DNA of 64,000 nucleotides from the NCBI RefSeq assembly GCF_004010195.1, contig NC_057718.1, positions 37,258,337 through 37,322,336 of the forward strand, written 5' to 3'. The stretch comes from Chiloscyllium plagiosum (lineage: Eukaryota). The notes under the pieces were generated by a model. The model saw only the letters and a list, made by a program, of their open reading frames with translations, had not been told where the DNA came from and searched no databases. Numbering within the stretch: position 1 is the stretch's first letter; each line of letters begins with the position of its first letter. This document shows, one piece after another, positions 62,501 to 64,000 of this stretch. The position numbers and the translations under genes are program-made.

Positions 62501-64000
62501 TATAACAACTGTTAGGGGGTCTCTTAATGATTCTCATGCTTGCTATTTCTCACTACCATTCTTCATTTTTAAGCTTCATAATCTTTGAAGTCAAGATCCC
62601 GCCTTACTGTCCTTTCATTGTCCTTTGCTGTCAGGGCTATCACTTATCCTTTGCCATTCTGTCTTTCTTTCTCAAAACAGTTTGTACCTTGTCATACTTA
62701 TTTCCCAGCATCATGCACGTGCAATGGTGATTATGCCTTGTTATGAAGACAGTAAAAATGCATATTTGACTTCCATCATCAGATTTTTCAGACCTGAGAC
62801 CTTAAATTGACTAAAATAGTTTTATGAAAGGTGAAACATTAATTTAAGAGGGTTTCACTGGCCACCTGACCAAGTTAAATGAAGCTCATGGAGACACAAA
62901 TAAACAAGAATCAGTCTGAATCAAAAATTAACATCAGTATCAGAAGGCTTTGATACTCACATTTGTACCTAGGGGTTGATTCACACCTTTCTGGAAGTTT
63001 CACATATTGAAATTAAGGGCTTAGACAATTTACCCATCTTGAATAAAAGAACAGGCATGGGAATACACAAGTGAACTGTATTTCAGGCAAACAGCTTTTG
63101 GGTAGAGAGAGAAGGAAAATAAATTGGCAACAGCAGAACTGGAAGATTCTCTCTCCCTGTTCCTCTCAGCGTCTCAGAAGGCAATACCCAGTGAGAAACA
63201 AATCAGATGAATATTCACTCACTGAGAACTCAAAGATATCTACAAATTGCTTTCCTGCTAAGGATAAAAGTAAACAATTATGGTTTTAGATTAAAACCTA
63301 ACAGATCAAGGACCCTGAGAACTTGTAAAATGCCCATCCTTGATCTTCTATTTTGTATGAGACACTATCTCCCTTTTTCAAACTGTATTTCTGTGTTTTT
63401 GTGTGTTTGATGTCACATTTTATTATTTTTCCTGAGGAAAGTAGGTAATAAAATTTCTTTCTCATTCATTCAAGAAAGTCTTATATTTGGCTACTTAATT
63501 TTGATGTAGCAAACTACATTTAATTCCAGTGTGATATAACTGTTGTTTAACTGGAGTTTAAAAGGGGGGAGTTGATTCAGCACATTTCCCCTGTTATTGA
63601 AACCCAAACAATCTAGCTCTATTATATGACTAAATCATTTATGTTCTAATGCAGTCAGGTAAAAAACCTTTAAATTATTTTCTTTACTATTAGTCCTTAC
63701 ATGGACTTTACTCACTGATGACCAATTACTGTTAAACATTCTGCCCCTTCCTGTCCTATCGACCTACATTGCTACACTGTTACATTGCCTCATCTTTTTT
63801 TTCAATTTCTGCATCGCCTGAGCTTAAACAAGCAGGGGATTGACAAAGTGACAGAGAATAATGGTTTCACTGGGAACACAGCATCAAAGGTGGCGGTGAG
63901 TGTGCCATTATCAAATTGACCGCTGCAGAAATGCCGTGACAAGCAGAGGACAGAAGGCTAGACTGTTGGGATTTTTGAAGCACAGTTGTAAATAATGGAC

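Overview
Vertebrate nuclear DNA. The repeat set (V-SINE/HE1-type SINEs, Deu-domain SINEs, CR1 LINEs, Penelope-like elements) points to a shark or other elasmobranch; this is an inference. The only protein-coding gene I can support is PKDCC (VLK, secreted tyrosine kinase) on the minus strand: coding exons 1-5 (25633->1247) with canonical GT-AG sites and consistent phases. The 3' exons lie off the left edge. A TATA/GC/E-box/CCAAT promoter sits at about 26.1-26.2 kb, inside a CpG-rich, LINE-free domain. The right 33 kb is repeat-dense intergenic DNA with a 701-N assembly gap. The most interesting signal is a population of about 13 Penelope-type terminal repeats, most carrying minimal hammerhead ribozymes. 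It includes (i) a TSD-flanked, non-coding 1.2-mer of a 469-bp monomer with an intact hammerhead core (retrozyme-like) and (ii) a solo copy whose 5' end falls exactly on the predicted self-cleavage site. Also noted: a LINE with a tRNA-SINE-like head, a CR1 with an inverted copy of its own tail at the 5' junction, and an ORF1/3'-end CR1 chimera. All calls come from reading the sequence; no searches were run.
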